From the NCBI RefSeq assembly GCF_004010195.1, contig NC_057753.1, forward strand, positions 4,243,779 through 4,307,778: a stretch of DNA of 64,000 bases, in the 5' to 3' direction. The position numbers and the translations under genes are program-made. Below are positions 1-12,039 of this stretch, piece by piece. Within the stretch, counting starts at the first letter, position 1. Every line of letters starts with the position of its first letter. Origin of the DNA: Chiloscyllium plagiosum (Eukaryota). The notes below the pieces were generated by a model that saw nothing but the letters and a program-made list of their open reading frames with translations, did no database searches and had not been told where the DNA came from.

Positions 1-270
1 GTTCAACAGAGTGTTACAAGGGGACATAAATTTAAGGTGAAGGGTGGAAGGTATAGGGGAGATGTCAGGGGTGGGTTCTTTACCCAGAGAGTGGTGGGGG
101 CATGGAATGCGCTGCCCGTGGGAGTGGTAGAGTCGGAATCATTGGCGACCTTTAAGCGGCATTTGGATAGGTACATGGATGGGTACTTAATCTAGGTTAG
201 AAGTTCGGCACAACATCGTGGGCCGAAGGGCCTGTTCTGTGCTGTATTGTTCTATGTTCTATGTTCTATG
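1..270 (+). mobile_element. CR1-type LINE 3' end
   Basis: Encodes the CR1 ORF2 C-terminus (TRGHKFKVKGGRYRGDVRGGFFTQRVVGAWNALP), then 3' UTR ...GGCCGAAGGGCCTGTTCTGTGCTGTA and a (TTCTATG)n tail. Confidence 0.9.
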
Positions 271-484
271 TCAGAGGCAGGTTCTTTATTCAGAGAGTGG
301 TAAGGGAGTGGAATTTCCTGCCTGCCAATGTAGTTATCTGAACCACATCAGGGAGATTTAAACAATCCTTGGATAAGCGCATGGTTGAAGATGGGAATGG
401 GCTTAGATAAGTTGACAGGTCAGTGCAACATCGAGGGCTGAAGGGACTGTTCTGCGCTATATTGTTCTGTGTTCTACGTTCTAT
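271..484 (+). mobile_element. Second CR1 3' end fragment
   Basis: FFIQRVVREWN motif followed by the same 3' UTR and a degenerate TTCTATG tail. Confidence 0.8.
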
Positions 485-1529
485 TTGGAAAATTGAATAT
501 CATACATTTATTTGAGAGATTGTCACTCAGATATGAATTGGACTGGTACAGGAATGAAAGTGCTGCCATGATAAATTATCCCGGCATCATTGGTGATTAC
601 TTTCAACTGAGACGAGAATAAGTTGTTTAAATTACATGTGTGTGAATTTCTACCCCAGAATGTTGTGCTTCTACCACTGTTGAGCATATGTGTCACCAAG
701 ATATTTATATTTCTGATGCCGTTGCAAATGAAACGACAAGGGGAGCGGGCAGAATATTGGATTTATATCCTAATATTAGGTATGATGCTACTCTTAGTGG
801 AGTTTTCTGTCAGGACTTATAATATAGTTATTGCATTATTGCGTGTTTTTTTTTCTTCTCTTTTCAATGTGCTTGTTTAAATCTCACCTCGTAATGGCTT
901 CTTAGCCATTCCTCCCCGAACTTTAAATCTAACTGACCGGCAAAGGACTTTGGATTGTCTCACCATGCAGCATATTAAAGAATTTGTGATCGCCACAGCT
1001 GAGAACTCTTATTTCCTCATCTGTTCCTTCATATCTGTAGCTTTATTCACTTGTCCTTGTTTGCATAGTGCATTGTTCTTGCTGTCTCCAATATTCTTCC
1101 TGAGTCTGGACAGCAGCATTAGGCTTTTTATTGTACACTCTTCCTTTTGAATTTGATATTGTCACGTTTATTTTCCCAACGCTAACTTGCCAAAAATTTG
1201 AAGTGATGTCCTATTTTGTTCTCTGTGGTCAAGAGGCATGGCGGAGACAATCGATGCTGCTCAGTTTCCAAGGCGCATAGCTGGCACTTTGTGTATGCTA
1301 TTTTGGAGACTTCTCACATTCTACGAGGGCGAGAAAAAAATAAGCTAGTTTCATAAAACTTGAAGAAGAGGACCTCAACAACAGCTGCACTAGTCAATCA
1401 ATTCAACAACACCTTTAATTAAACCAGTACATCAATACTCTAATTGCCTCTCTAGAGTCTGTCGCAAGGTATAATAATGAGAATGTTGTGTTGAAGTGAA
1501 GGAAGTGTTCAGAGCATCTGATTTAAAAA

Positions 1530-1599
1530 ATGCACAGTGTAGCAAGAGGATTAGTGTTTTCCATTTACTATCCGGTCATTGCTGCAATCGGAGTTCCAG
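1530..1599 (+). CDS. GPR139-like class A GPCR gene 1, coding exon 1
   Basis: ATG at 1530 (A at -3, in-frame TAA at 1524-1526) gives MHSVARGLVFSIYYPVIAAIGVP plus 1 nt, then donor CAG|GTAAAG at 1600. The phase-1 intron joins in frame to 5799 and rebuilds the TM1 motif GVPAN. Confidence 0.9.
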
Positions 1600-2636
1600 G
1601 TAAAGTATTGCTCGTACTCTGCAGGTTCTTGAATCATTATTTCTCTCCCACAACCAACAAAATTTACTAATCACGCTTCTTTAATTCACATCACATTTAA
1701 CAGGTTTTGTGTCTGGATTCACCAGTAGTTGTTTCAGCTTAAAACTGTACATTTTGCTCATTTTTACCTTCTTAACCCATTTAATATTATACCAAGATTT
1801 TATCATTACGAATTATTTGCTTCTCTGGAGTAATTCGAAGACACCAATGTTATAATTTGTCACATTTCATACTGTTATTTCTTTCTTTTTTCTGCATAGG
1901 TTCTGCTCATGATAGTAAATAATTTTCGTCTTTAACTTTGTTGTCTTCTTTTGACTTGCCTCATTCCCTCACTTCAGTTACGTGATTTATACAATATGCA
2001 GTTTACATCTCATGGTGTTAGTTCTTTTTGTTATTACCATTGTTACTGGGAATGCCTTAATATAATATTATCAGATCTTGCTGTTGAGTAACTAAAACAT
2101 TATGAACAAACACGTTTCTGTTGTCATATACTCAATGATCATGGCAGAGAGACTTCATGCCGTTAGCGCAATTCTCAATTTGTGAGGTACTGTCCAAAGT
2201 TAGAACTGTTGTATGATTGACTCTGACAATGATAGAATCATTTCCAAATAATGACTGAACGAATTTAACAAAACAATATTTCCCAATGGAATTTTAAGGA
2301 ATGGATTAATTGAAACAACATGATTCACCACCGAATTCTTGAAACATATATAAACAAAATCATACTTCCTCTTTATTTGATGGCTGTTACTTGTCACAAA
2401 CATTTACAGTATGGTGTGTCTGTTGTTAGTTTCTTATTTTGGCTAATTTATCTTGGATATCCAATTTAATATATAATTGATGGTTATTCCGATCAGCACT
2501 CAACATGCAGCAAAATCTCAAACTATATCGATTTTCTCTACATTTTGCACATTGATTGAATCAGTATATTGGTGGAATCCCACATGTACAAGGGCAAAGC
2601 TCTGGTTTGTACGTGCAAGCTGACATAGGTTTTCTT

Positions 2637-3140
2637 TGTGACAAGATCATTTAACAGTGGAGTAGTGCAGCCTTTAAGGAAAGACACCCAACTGAAGCCT
2701 CGTCACATGCCATTTCCAATAGCTCTGTTTGAGAATGAAACATTTCGCATGATTTTCGCGGTGACGCTGCTCATTTAAGAAGGTTATGCTGACCTTCACC
2801 TAAGCAGAAGGTCTCCGCTGAGTCTCTCTCTTTCTCTGGCATCTCTCCTGGAAAACCCCGTGTTTGATGTTCCGTTTTGTGCCATGATAGGCTTATGGGG
2901 ATTTTTGAAGGTATTTGGGACACCAACATTACTTTGGGTTAGAGTGCTAGGTTTTCGGATAGATTAAGTTATTCTGTGTTTTGGTTATATTTTATTCAGT
3001 AATTTTGCAAATAAATTCTGTTTCGATTAAAAAAAAAAGCTATGTGCTTTGACCAACTGCATCCCTCCGAGAATAACCGTGTTGCAAATTCTTAAATCAA
3101 CCAGAAAAGTTAAAGCCTGGCTGCATACTTGAAGTGCTTT
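2637..3140 (+). mobile_element. Probable decayed solo LTR in the GPCR intron
   Basis: Starts TGTGACAAG. The CT-rich tract, AATAAA-region and 3' portion resemble the LTR at 22964-23620. 3' end and TSD not resolved. Confidence 0.4.
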
Positions 3141-3610
3141 GTCAAACTGAGAGTTCTCAATGCTTCCTTTCAAACATTGGCTCTACTAAAACGCAGGGCA
3201 AACTAAATGCGCATGTTGCCCCAACACTAACAGAAATAGCGAATGAAATTGGCAGATCTAGCAGATCTGTTGGAAGAAAACAGACACATATTTTCGAGTT
3301 TGGTGTATATTCTGTTCCGTTGAGTAAGGATGGTTTGAGCGTGTTGTTTGTTGATTTGTCCAAAATGAACATGTTTCGACGAATTATTTGTAAGAATTAA
3401 TTGATGCTAGCGCCAGTTTCAACACATTTTATTCCCTCTTTCTTTTTACCCAGTTCATTCATCAATGTACAACTTTATTTAGCTGCTGTTTGTGCATTCG
3501 ATGCTACAGTGCTGGTTGAACTATATCTTCTTGTCCTCTGTTCATTGACACTGAATTGTTTTATGTTGTTGTCGCATTCAGTTTCTGGCATTTTTTGTGA
3601 GTCTATATTA

Positions 3611-5642
3611 CTATGGAGAGCCAGGAGGGGGCACGAGAAAGGCTTGGCAGAAAGGATTAGGGAGAACAGAAATGCATTTTACATTTACGTGAGGAATAAG
3701 AGATTGGTCAAAGAAAGAGTAGGGCCGATCAGGGATAGCATAGGGATTTTGTGTGTAGAGTCTGAGGAGGTAGGGGAAGCCCTAAATGAGTTTTTTGCCT
3801 CTGTCTTTACTAAAGAAAAGGACCTTGTAGTAAATGAAACCATTGAGGAGCAGATAAGCATGCTGGAACGGATGGAGATTGAGGAAGCTGATGTGCTGAA
3901 CATTTTGACAAACATTAAGATTGACAAGTCGCCAGGGCAGCAGTGCTAACCACTGTGCCACCGTGCCGCCCCGCACTGTGCCACTGTGCCACCGTGCCGC
4001 CCCACTGTGCCGCCGTGCCGCCCCGTGTGCGTGCTGAAATGGATAGAGATAGAGGAAGCTGATGTGCTGAAAATTTTGTCAAACATTAAGATTGACAAGT
4101 CGCCCGGCCCGAAACAGATTTGTCCTCAGCTGCTTTGGGAAACAAGAAATGCAATTGCTTCGCCACTTGCGAAGATCTTTGCATCTTCACTCTCCACTGG
4201 AGTCGTACCTGAGGACTGGAGAGAGGCAAATGTAATTCCTCTCTTCAAGAAAGGAAATAGGGAAATCCCCAGCAATTACAGACGGGTAAGTCTCACGTCT
4301 GTCGTCTGCAACTTGTTAGAAAGGATTCTGAGGGATAGGATTTATGACCATCTGGAAGAGCATGGCTTGATTAAATGCAGTCAACACGGCTTTGTGAGGG
4401 GCAGGTCATGCTTCACAAACCTTATCGAGTTCTTTGAGGATGTGACGAGAAAGGTTGATGAGGGTAGAGCTGTGGATGTGGTGTATATGGACTTCAGCAA
4501 GGCATTTTATAAGGTTCCCCATGGTAGGCTCATTCAGAAGTTCAGGAGGAATGGCATTCAGGGGAACATAGCTGTCTGGATACAGAATTGGCTGGCCAGC
4601 AGAAGACAGAGAGTGGTAGTAGAAGGAAATTATTCTGCCTGGACGTCTGTGGTGAGTGGTGTTCCACAGGGCTCTGTCCTTGGGCCTCTACTGTTTGTAA
4701 TTTTTATTAATGACTTGGATGAGGGGATTGAAGGATTGGTCAGCAAGTTTGCAGACGAGACAAATATTGGAGGTGTCGTTGACAGTATAGTGGGCTGTTG
4801 TAGGCTGCAGCGGGACATTGACAGGATGCAGAGATGGGCTGAGAGGTGGCAGATGGAATTCAACCTGGATAAATGAGGGCTGATGCATTTTGGAAGGTAG
4901 AATTTGCAAGCTGAGTGTAGGATTAAGGATAGGGTTCTTGGCAGTGTGGAGGAGCAGAGGGATCTTGGTGTGCAGGTACGTAGATCACTTAAAATGGCCA
5001 TCCAAGTGGACAGGGTTGTTAAGATATCATTTGGTGTTTTGGCTTTCATTAACATTAAGGGGGATTGACTTTAAGAGTTGTGAGATCTTGTTGCAGCTCT
5101 ATAAAAGTTTGGTTAGACCGCACTTGGAATACTGCGTCCAGTTCTGGTCGCCCTATTATAGGAAAAATGTGGATGCTTTGGAGAGGGTTCAGAGGAGGTT
5201 TACCAGGATTCTGCCTGGACTGGAGGGCTTATTTTATGAAGAGAGGTTGACTGAGCTCGAACTTTTTACATTGGAGAAAAGGACGAGGAGAGGGGACCTA
5301 ATTGAGGTATACAAGATAATGCGAGGCATAGATAGAGTCGATAGCCAGAGACTATTCCCTAGGGCAGACATGACTAATACGAGCGGTCATAGTTTTAAGC
5401 TGGTTGGAGGAAAGTATAGAGGGGGTGTCAGAGGCGGGTTCTTTACACAGAGAGTTATGAGAGCATGGAATGTGTTGCCAGCAGCAGTTGTGGAGGCAGG
5501 GTCATTGGGGACATTTAAGAGACTACTGGACATGCATATGGTCACAGAAAGTTGAGGGTACATACATGAGGATCAGTGGTCAGCACAACATGGTGGGCTG
5601 AAGGGCCTATTCTGTGCTGTACTGTTCTATGTTCTATGTTCT
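3611..5642 (+). mobile_element. 5'-truncated CR1 LINE (ORF2 RT region, stops/frameshifts)
   Basis: QHGF, YMDFSKAF, GVPQGSVLGP, KFADE, RPHLEYCVQFWSP and a TTCTATG tail. Lies inside the GPCR gene 1 intron. Confidence 0.95.
3933..4024 (-). repeat. Tandem partial copies of the HE1 SINE 5' head
   Basis: Repeated CACTGTGCCACCGTGCCGCCC, the reverse complement of the SINE start GGGCGGCACGGTGGCACAGTG. Confidence 0.8.
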
Positions 5643-5798
5643 AAACTATGACTATGTTTAAAAATTGCCTGAAGTGCCGAAAATAATTTGCAAATTTGGA
5701 TAGAGCCTGCAATGTTGTGAAGTCTGTCAGAAGTATTTGAAACGAATGTTTTATTTCAAAGTGTCGGGTGACTTGTGTTCTTTATCTATCTATTTCAG

Positions 5799-6724
5799 CT
5801 AATTTGGCCGTGATTATGATACTTTCTCGAAGAAAATGCGGACTGTCCGGATGTATCATTTGTTACCTGATTTCAATGGCAGTGACAGACCTCTTGGTCA
5901 TGGTGACAGCTGTAATATTAAACCGAATTGCTGGGATTTATTTCCCATCCAGTTTCCTGTTCATTACACCAGTGTGCAGCTTCCGTGCAGCGTTCAATAT
6001 CGCTTCCATTGATAGCTCTGCCTGGTTAACAGTTGCTTTCACATTTGACCGATTTGTTGCAATTTCCTGTCATAAGCTGAAAATAAGGTATTGTCGTGAG
6101 AAAGTGGCCGTTAAGGTGATAGGAATCGTCATCGTACTGACCTGCATGAAAAATGTTATCAAATATTTTCAATTTGAACCTACGTACATAATTAGTAACA
6201 CACCCTGGTTCTGCAGCATAAAATTATCGTATTACACATCAATAGCTTGGATCACCTACGACTGGGCTCGATCTATTTTAAACCCTTTCCTACCATTCAT
6301 TCTGATTTTACTGCTCAATGCTCTGACTGTCAGACACATTCTGGCGGCCAATAGAATTCGGAGAAGACTGCGGACTCAGAATAATGTAGGGAATCAGAAT
6401 GATTCAGCGATGGAGAATCGGAAAAAGTCTATTATTTTACTCTTTTCTATCTCGGGCAGTTTTATTCTTTTAAATTTGTTGTATTTTGCAACAATCTCCT
6501 ATGTCCGAATTGCAAGTGTGACGTATTCCTCGGGATCCGATGCTACTAATTCCACATTTATTCTGCAACAGGGCGGATTTATGCTTCTGTTACTGAGCTC
6601 CTGCATTAACCCGTTTATTTATGCTGGGACACAGAGAATATTCAGAGCTGAGTTAAAAAATGGGCTGAAATATCCGTTCAGCCACATGTTTAGTATGTTT
6701 CATAAACAAATTAGAAAAGTCTAG
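5799..6724 (+). CDS. GPR139-like class A GPCR gene 1, coding exon 2 (full protein 331 aa)
   Basis: Acceptor TATTTCAG at 5791-5798. Intact ORF with MAVTDL (TM2), Cys3.25 (TPVC), FDRF (TM3), ECL2 WFC, PFLPF (TM5) and INPFIY (TM7). The YYP...GVPAN..VILSR and WLTVAFTFDR pattern resembles GPR139/GPR142. Confidence 0.9.
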
Positions 6725-7084
6725 CTTGCCATATGTCTAGCTTCATGATTGAATTTTATTCTCCATGTCACATTGGACACTTGGGTTGAAATCGATTGAT
6801 AAAATGTGAACTTAAGTAAATGTCAGAATGTCTACAAGTTTGATTTTTGGAAATTGTTTTCATTAATATCCAACTCTCTACCTAGCGTTGTGTCAAACTT
6901 TGCCCATTTCTTTCAGCCAGGACAGCTTTGGAGGGCTTCGTAGGTACATAATTAGCACGTGATTAATACTGTGAACAATTATTATTTGCAGTTCCAAGTA
7001 CATGAAAGATTTTGGAAAGGGGAGGTGTGCTTATTCCTTTTCTAACTGACTTTCATGCAGCTCATCTCCGGCTGCAAATGTCTT

Positions 7085-8690
7085 CCACACATGCATTGTG
7101 TCCTCATTAAAGGTTTCACCTTTATCCCTCTAAAGTCCCAGATTGATGAGTTCGACACACGCTGCGACTTCGAACATTCCTTCCACCGCCACTGCCTTCA
7201 TGTTTACGTTTTATCCAAGACACCCGCTCACCCACTGAGGAGCCTGTCTCCTGCCTCCAACACACCCCATCTACCTGGACACCCCATGCTGGTCTGCTAC
7301 ACTCTTGACCTCTTCATTTCAAACTGCCACTTGACATCAAGCGCCTTAACCTGTCCAATTGCCTGAACCACTCCAATCTCTGACTCTCACAATGCGCAGA
7401 CCTCCAAACTGAACCACATAATCAAACCCACAAACATGGAGGGTACAATAGTAGTGTGGCACACCTCCCTCTACACTGCCCAAACCAGGCACCGACTCAC
7501 TGGCACCACCTTCCACTGTCCCCTTGATCATGACATCATCTGCCATCACCAAACCATCATCTCCCAGACCATCCTCAGTCTCATCACCTCTGGGGATCTC
7601 CCATCCACAGCCTCTTAACTCATTGTCCATGAACCCCGCACTGGCCGGTTCTACCTCCTTCCTAAGATTCACAAACCTGATTACCCCAGTCGACCCATTG
7701 TCTCAGTCTCTGCCTGTCCCACCGACCTCATATCTTCCTACCTCGAACCAGTCCTGTTCCCGTTTGTCCAGGAACTCTCCACATAGGTTCGTGACATCAC
7801 CCAGGCCCTTCACTTCCTCCAAGATTTTCGTTTTCCCTGCCCCCAAAGCCTCATCTTCACCATGGAATTCCAGTCCCTATAATCATCGATCCACCACGAC
7901 TAAGGTGTCCAAGCCCTCAATTACTTCTTCTCATGCCGTCCCACTGCCACTTTCATCCACCTGGCTGAGGTGGTCCTCAGCCTCAACCACTTCTCCTTCC
8001 AATCCTCTTACTCCCTCCAAAACAAAGGAATAGCCATGGGCAGCTTCATGATACCCAACTGTGCGTGCCCGTCTGTCAGATAGGTGAAACAGTCCACCTT
8101 CCCCATTTATTCCTGCACCAATACCCCACCTTTTCCTCGGCTGCATCGATGACTGTACCAGTGCCACATCGTGCTCCCATGCGGTGGTTGAACAGTTCAT
8201 CAACTTTACTAACATCCTCCACCGAGACATCAAATTCACCTGGATCATCTCAGCAACCTCCTTCCGCTTCCTGAACCTCTCCATCGCTATCTCTGGCGAC
8301 CGACTAACCACAGACATATACTACAAGCCCACTAACTCCCTCAGCTACCTAGACGACACCTCCTCCCACCCTAGCTCCTTTAAAAACGCGATGCCTTATT
8401 CCCAATTCTCCATCACTGCCGCATCTGTTCCCAGGATGAGCAATTCCACTTCAGAAAGTCCCAGATGACCTGCTTCTTCCATAAATCGCAACTTCCCTTC
8501 CAACGTGGTTGACGATGTCCTCCAGTGCATCTCCTTCTCTTCACGCACCACCGCCCTTGAACCCCATCCCTCCCATCGTAACAAGAACAGAACCCACTGT
8601 CCTCTTCTTCCACCATACCAACTTCTACATACAATGCATCATCTTTCACCACTTCTTCCACCTCAAAACGGACCCCACCACCAGAGATCA
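7085..8690 (+). mobile_element. Penelope-like element (PLE) reverse transcriptase relic, frameshifted
   Basis: Broken motifs KGFTFIP, IIKP, RFYLLPKIHKPDYPSRPIVS, GIAMG, IDD and TDIYYKPT..YLD.TSSHP..KNAMPYSQF are typical of PLE RT. Confidence 0.85.
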
Positions 8691-8905
8691 TTGAATGATC
8701 ATTGAATCTATCATGGCTGTGCTAACTCGCAGTAAATGCAATTAATCAGTTTTAATGCTGCACCCTTCCTGCTTGTCTGGCATGGCATATTTATCTCGTC
8801 TTACCTCTATCCTGCTCTCAAGATGACAAAAAGCAGAGTCTTCTCTGGATTAAATTCAAGCTGTGGAAAACCCCTGCAGTCCCCGTCAACATTGGGACTG
8901 TTGTT

Positions 8906-9405
8906 NNNNNNNNNNNNNNNNNNNNNNNNNNNNNNNNNNNNNNNNNNNNNNNNNNNNNNNNNNNNNNNNNNNNNNNNNNNNNNNNNNNNNNNNNNNNNNN
9001 NNNNNNNNNNNNNNNNNNNNNNNNNNNNNNNNNNNNNNNNNNNNNNNNNNNNNNNNNNNNNNNNNNNNNNNNNNNNNNNNNNNNNNNNNNNNNNNNNNNN
9101 NNNNNNNNNNNNNNNNNNNNNNNNNNNNNNNNNNNNNNNNNNNNNNNNNNNNNNNNNNNNNNNNNNNNNNNNNNNNNNNNNNNNNNNNNNNNNNNNNNNN
9201 NNNNNNNNNNNNNNNNNNNNNNNNNNNNNNNNNNNNNNNNNNNNNNNNNNNNNNNNNNNNNNNNNNNNNNNNNNNNNNNNNNNNNNNNNNNNNNNNNNNN
9301 NNNNNNNNNNNNNNNNNNNNNNNNNNNNNNNNNNNNNNNNNNNNNNNNNNNNNNNNNNNNNNNNNNNNNNNNNNNNNNNNNNNNNNNNNNNNNNNNNNNN
9401 NNNNN
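8906..9405. other. Assembly gap (500 N)
   Basis: Round-number N run, typical of a scaffolding join. Confidence 0.99.
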
Positions 9406-10194
9406 TCCGGGACTCGGGATTCCCTGGGGCCATTGCTGCGGTACTTGGGATTCCCCTGCTGCCATTGATCTGGGATTCAGGATTCCCCTGCTGCCGCCGA
9501 TCTCTGATTTCGGCCTGCCTATCGCTCCGCGGCGAATCCCATCCCATTCTGATTCTTCTGCTGCTGCTGCAGGGCATGCCCTGCGCGCGGGTTGCGACGG
9601 GTCTCCCTTGACTCCTTCCTCCAGGTCGAGGTCATCGAGGAGCAGGGAGAACAAGGAGGAAAATACTGCAAAGAGGAGAATAAAAACAAGAAGGGAAAAG
9701 AACTGGCGTGCAGAGGAGCATCCTACCCTGGCACCACCTTGACCATGTCTTGGCAAAAATCAAGGCAGAGACCATCAATCTCTCAAGACTGACAACTGAA
9801 AGAGTTGGTTCAGTCAAACCTCCAGATGTGACAGAGAAGAGAACTTGCTTTTGAACTCTGTGAAGAAATGGTGTTGGAAGAGATGGAATTGTACTTTGCA
9901 AATTTCGAATCGTGCTACATGTAAATCGTTTGGATTGTTTTCTTTTACCTTCATTTCTTCTGCGTGATAAAATTTGTTTTTATTGTTTAAACCAGACCTG
10001 CAGCACTGCATGCTTGTATCCCAGTAAAGTACCAACTTGTGAAGGGGAAATAACACAAAATGTGATGTCTCAAACCGTATTCCAATCTGATTTGTCAAGC
10101 AATAACATCAGCTGGGACCGTAACAAAGGACCTTGTTCAAAATGTGTTATAAAGATAAGCTCAGCAACTGCAAGTCGATCAGAAAAGAAAACGA

Positions 10195-10547
10195 GGGGAC
10201 ATGGATAGGGTAAATAGACAAAGTCTTTGCCCTGGGGTCGGGGAGTCCAGAACTAGCGGGCATAGGTTTAGGGTGAGAGGGGAAAGATATAAAAGGGACC
10301 CAAAGGGGCAACTTTTTCACACAGAGGGTGGTACGTGTATGGAATGAGCTGCCAGAGGATGTGGTGGAGGCTGGTACAATTGCAACATTTAAGAGGCATT
10401 TGGATGGGTATATGAATAGGAAGGGTTTGGAGGGATATGGGCCGGGTGCTGGCAGGTGGGACTAGATTGGGTTGTGATATCTGGTCGGCATGGACGTCTT
10501 GGACCGAAGGGTCTGTTTCTGTGCTGTACATCTCTATGACTCTATGA
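10195..10547 (+). mobile_element. CR1/HER1-type LINE 3' end
   Basis: RGxxFFTQRVVRVWNELP motif and a CTATGACTCTATGAC tail. Confidence 0.9.
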
Positions 10548-10559
10548 CCCGTTACCTTC

Positions 10560-11320
10560 AAGAATGTGTGGATAGGTACAATGTCCCCCTGACCTTCAGT
10601 ACTTGCCAGTGTACTCCTATTTGTCGTACCCTCCTGAAGTTTGAACTCCATTTATCACTGTCCTGCTGAACTGACCAGTCCATTGACATCCTCCTTCAGT
10701 TCACTGCGATTCTCATCATTTACTATCGTATTAATATTCCATACCATCCGTTAGCTTCTCGACTGTGCTCCTATACAGTAAACAGCCAAGACTCCAGCAC
10801 CGAGCCCTGTGGGACCCGGATGGAATCACATGTCCCCCTCAGCAGCACCCTCTGCGTCCTGACCCTGGGTAGATTTTGGGTCCAAAGTGGGACTTTGGAC
10901 CTTGCGGACTCTGACTTTCTTGACTAGTCTGCCATGAGGTATCTTACCAAAAGCCTTACTAAAGTCCAGGCAGATCACGTCAAAAACATTATCCGCATCA
11001 AACCTCCTGTTTACCTCGAAAAAGCAAATCAAATTCGTCAAGCCTCGTTTGACCTGAATAAATCAATTGCTGACCATCTCTGCTTGATCCACGTTTCTTC
11101 AAGTGCAGATACATTTATAGCCCAGAATTCTTTGCAATAATGTTCTCACGGCTGATCCACCACTGAGATGAGATTGACTTACCTGTAATTTCCTGCTCCA
11201 GTAGGGACAGGATTCAGTTTGTAATTCTTAAGCACCTCACCAGTGACCAAAGATGCTTTGAAAATTACTGCGAGGGCACCAGTTATTCCCTTCCCTTCCT
11301 CTTTCGATAGCCTGTGATAT
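10560..11320 (-). mobile_element. Old CR1 RT fragment
   Basis: Minus-strand TNLICFFE..CLDFSKAFGKIPHGRL. Confidence 0.8.
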
Positions 11321-11321
11321 G

Positions 11322-11668
11322 TAATAGAATAGAATCCCGACAGTGTGGAAACAGGCCCTTCAGCCCAACAAGTCCACACTGACCCTGCGAAGAGTAACCC
11401 ACCTAGACCCATTCCCCCTTACTCTACACTTCCTCCTGACTAATGCACCTAACCTACACATTCCAGAACACTATGGGCAACTTAGCACAGCCATTTCACC
11501 CTCACCTGCACATCTTTGGACTGTGGGAGGACTTCCTCCTGACTAATGCACCTAACCTACACATCCCAGAACACTATGGGCAACTTAGCACAGCCATTTC
11601 ACCCTCACCTGCACATCTTTGGACTGTGGGAGGAAACCGGAGCACCTGGAGGAAACCTACGCAGACAC
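11322..11668 (-). mobile_element. HE1-like SINE 3' part with an internal tandem duplication of about 103 bp
   Basis: ACTTCCTCCTGACTAATGCACC...GGACTGTGGGAGG is present twice in tandem. Confidence 0.85.
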
Positions 11669-11848
11669 ATTTCCCCTCACCCCCCCCCCACCTTATCCCA
11701 TTTCCAACCTTCTACCTCAGCACCATCTTCATGACCTGTCCCGCCTGTCCATCTTCCTTCCCACCGAGATGCTGCCTGACCTGCTGTGCTTTTCCAGCGC
11801 TCCACTCTCGACTCTGATCTCCAGCATCTGCAGTCCTCACTTTCTCCT
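11668..11848 (+). mobile_element. Penelope pLTR fragment
   Basis: Ends ...CCAGCATCTGCAGTCCTCACTTTCTCC, the terminus shared by the other short PLE inserts. Confidence 0.7.
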
Positions 11849-12039
11849 AAGGATCGGTGCTGGGTCTACTGCTTTTTTTTAAATCATTTTTTTTCGATTA
11901 ATTCATTTAATATGGGCATCGCTGGCTGCCCATTTATTGCTCGTCTTTGGTTGCCTTTGGGAAGGTGGTGGTGAGCTGCCCTTTTGAACTGCAGCAGTCC
12001 ACCTGCTATGGGTTGACCGTTAAGGCCAGTGGCATTAAG

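Noticed and set aside
623..1150. Hydrophobic short ORFs upstream of GPCR gene 1
   Set aside because: Non-ATG starts, T-rich low-complexity composition and no recognisable motif.
3950..4024. Short direct repeats superficially like a CRISPR array
   Set aside because: No unique spacers; the units are SINE 5' ends in a vertebrate genome.
3986..5555. RT ORFs as host genes or active LINEs (also 35864-38292, 42366-43193, 51436-52421)
   Set aside because: All are CR1 ORF2 pieces with stops or frameshifts; none is a complete open ORF2.
5768..5798. ORF-track N-terminus MTCVLYLSIS of GPCR gene 1
   Set aside because: This is the intron pyrimidine tract and acceptor; the true start is at 1530.
8736..9756. 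Long ORFs spanning the first gap
   Set aside because: Open only because they read through Ns.
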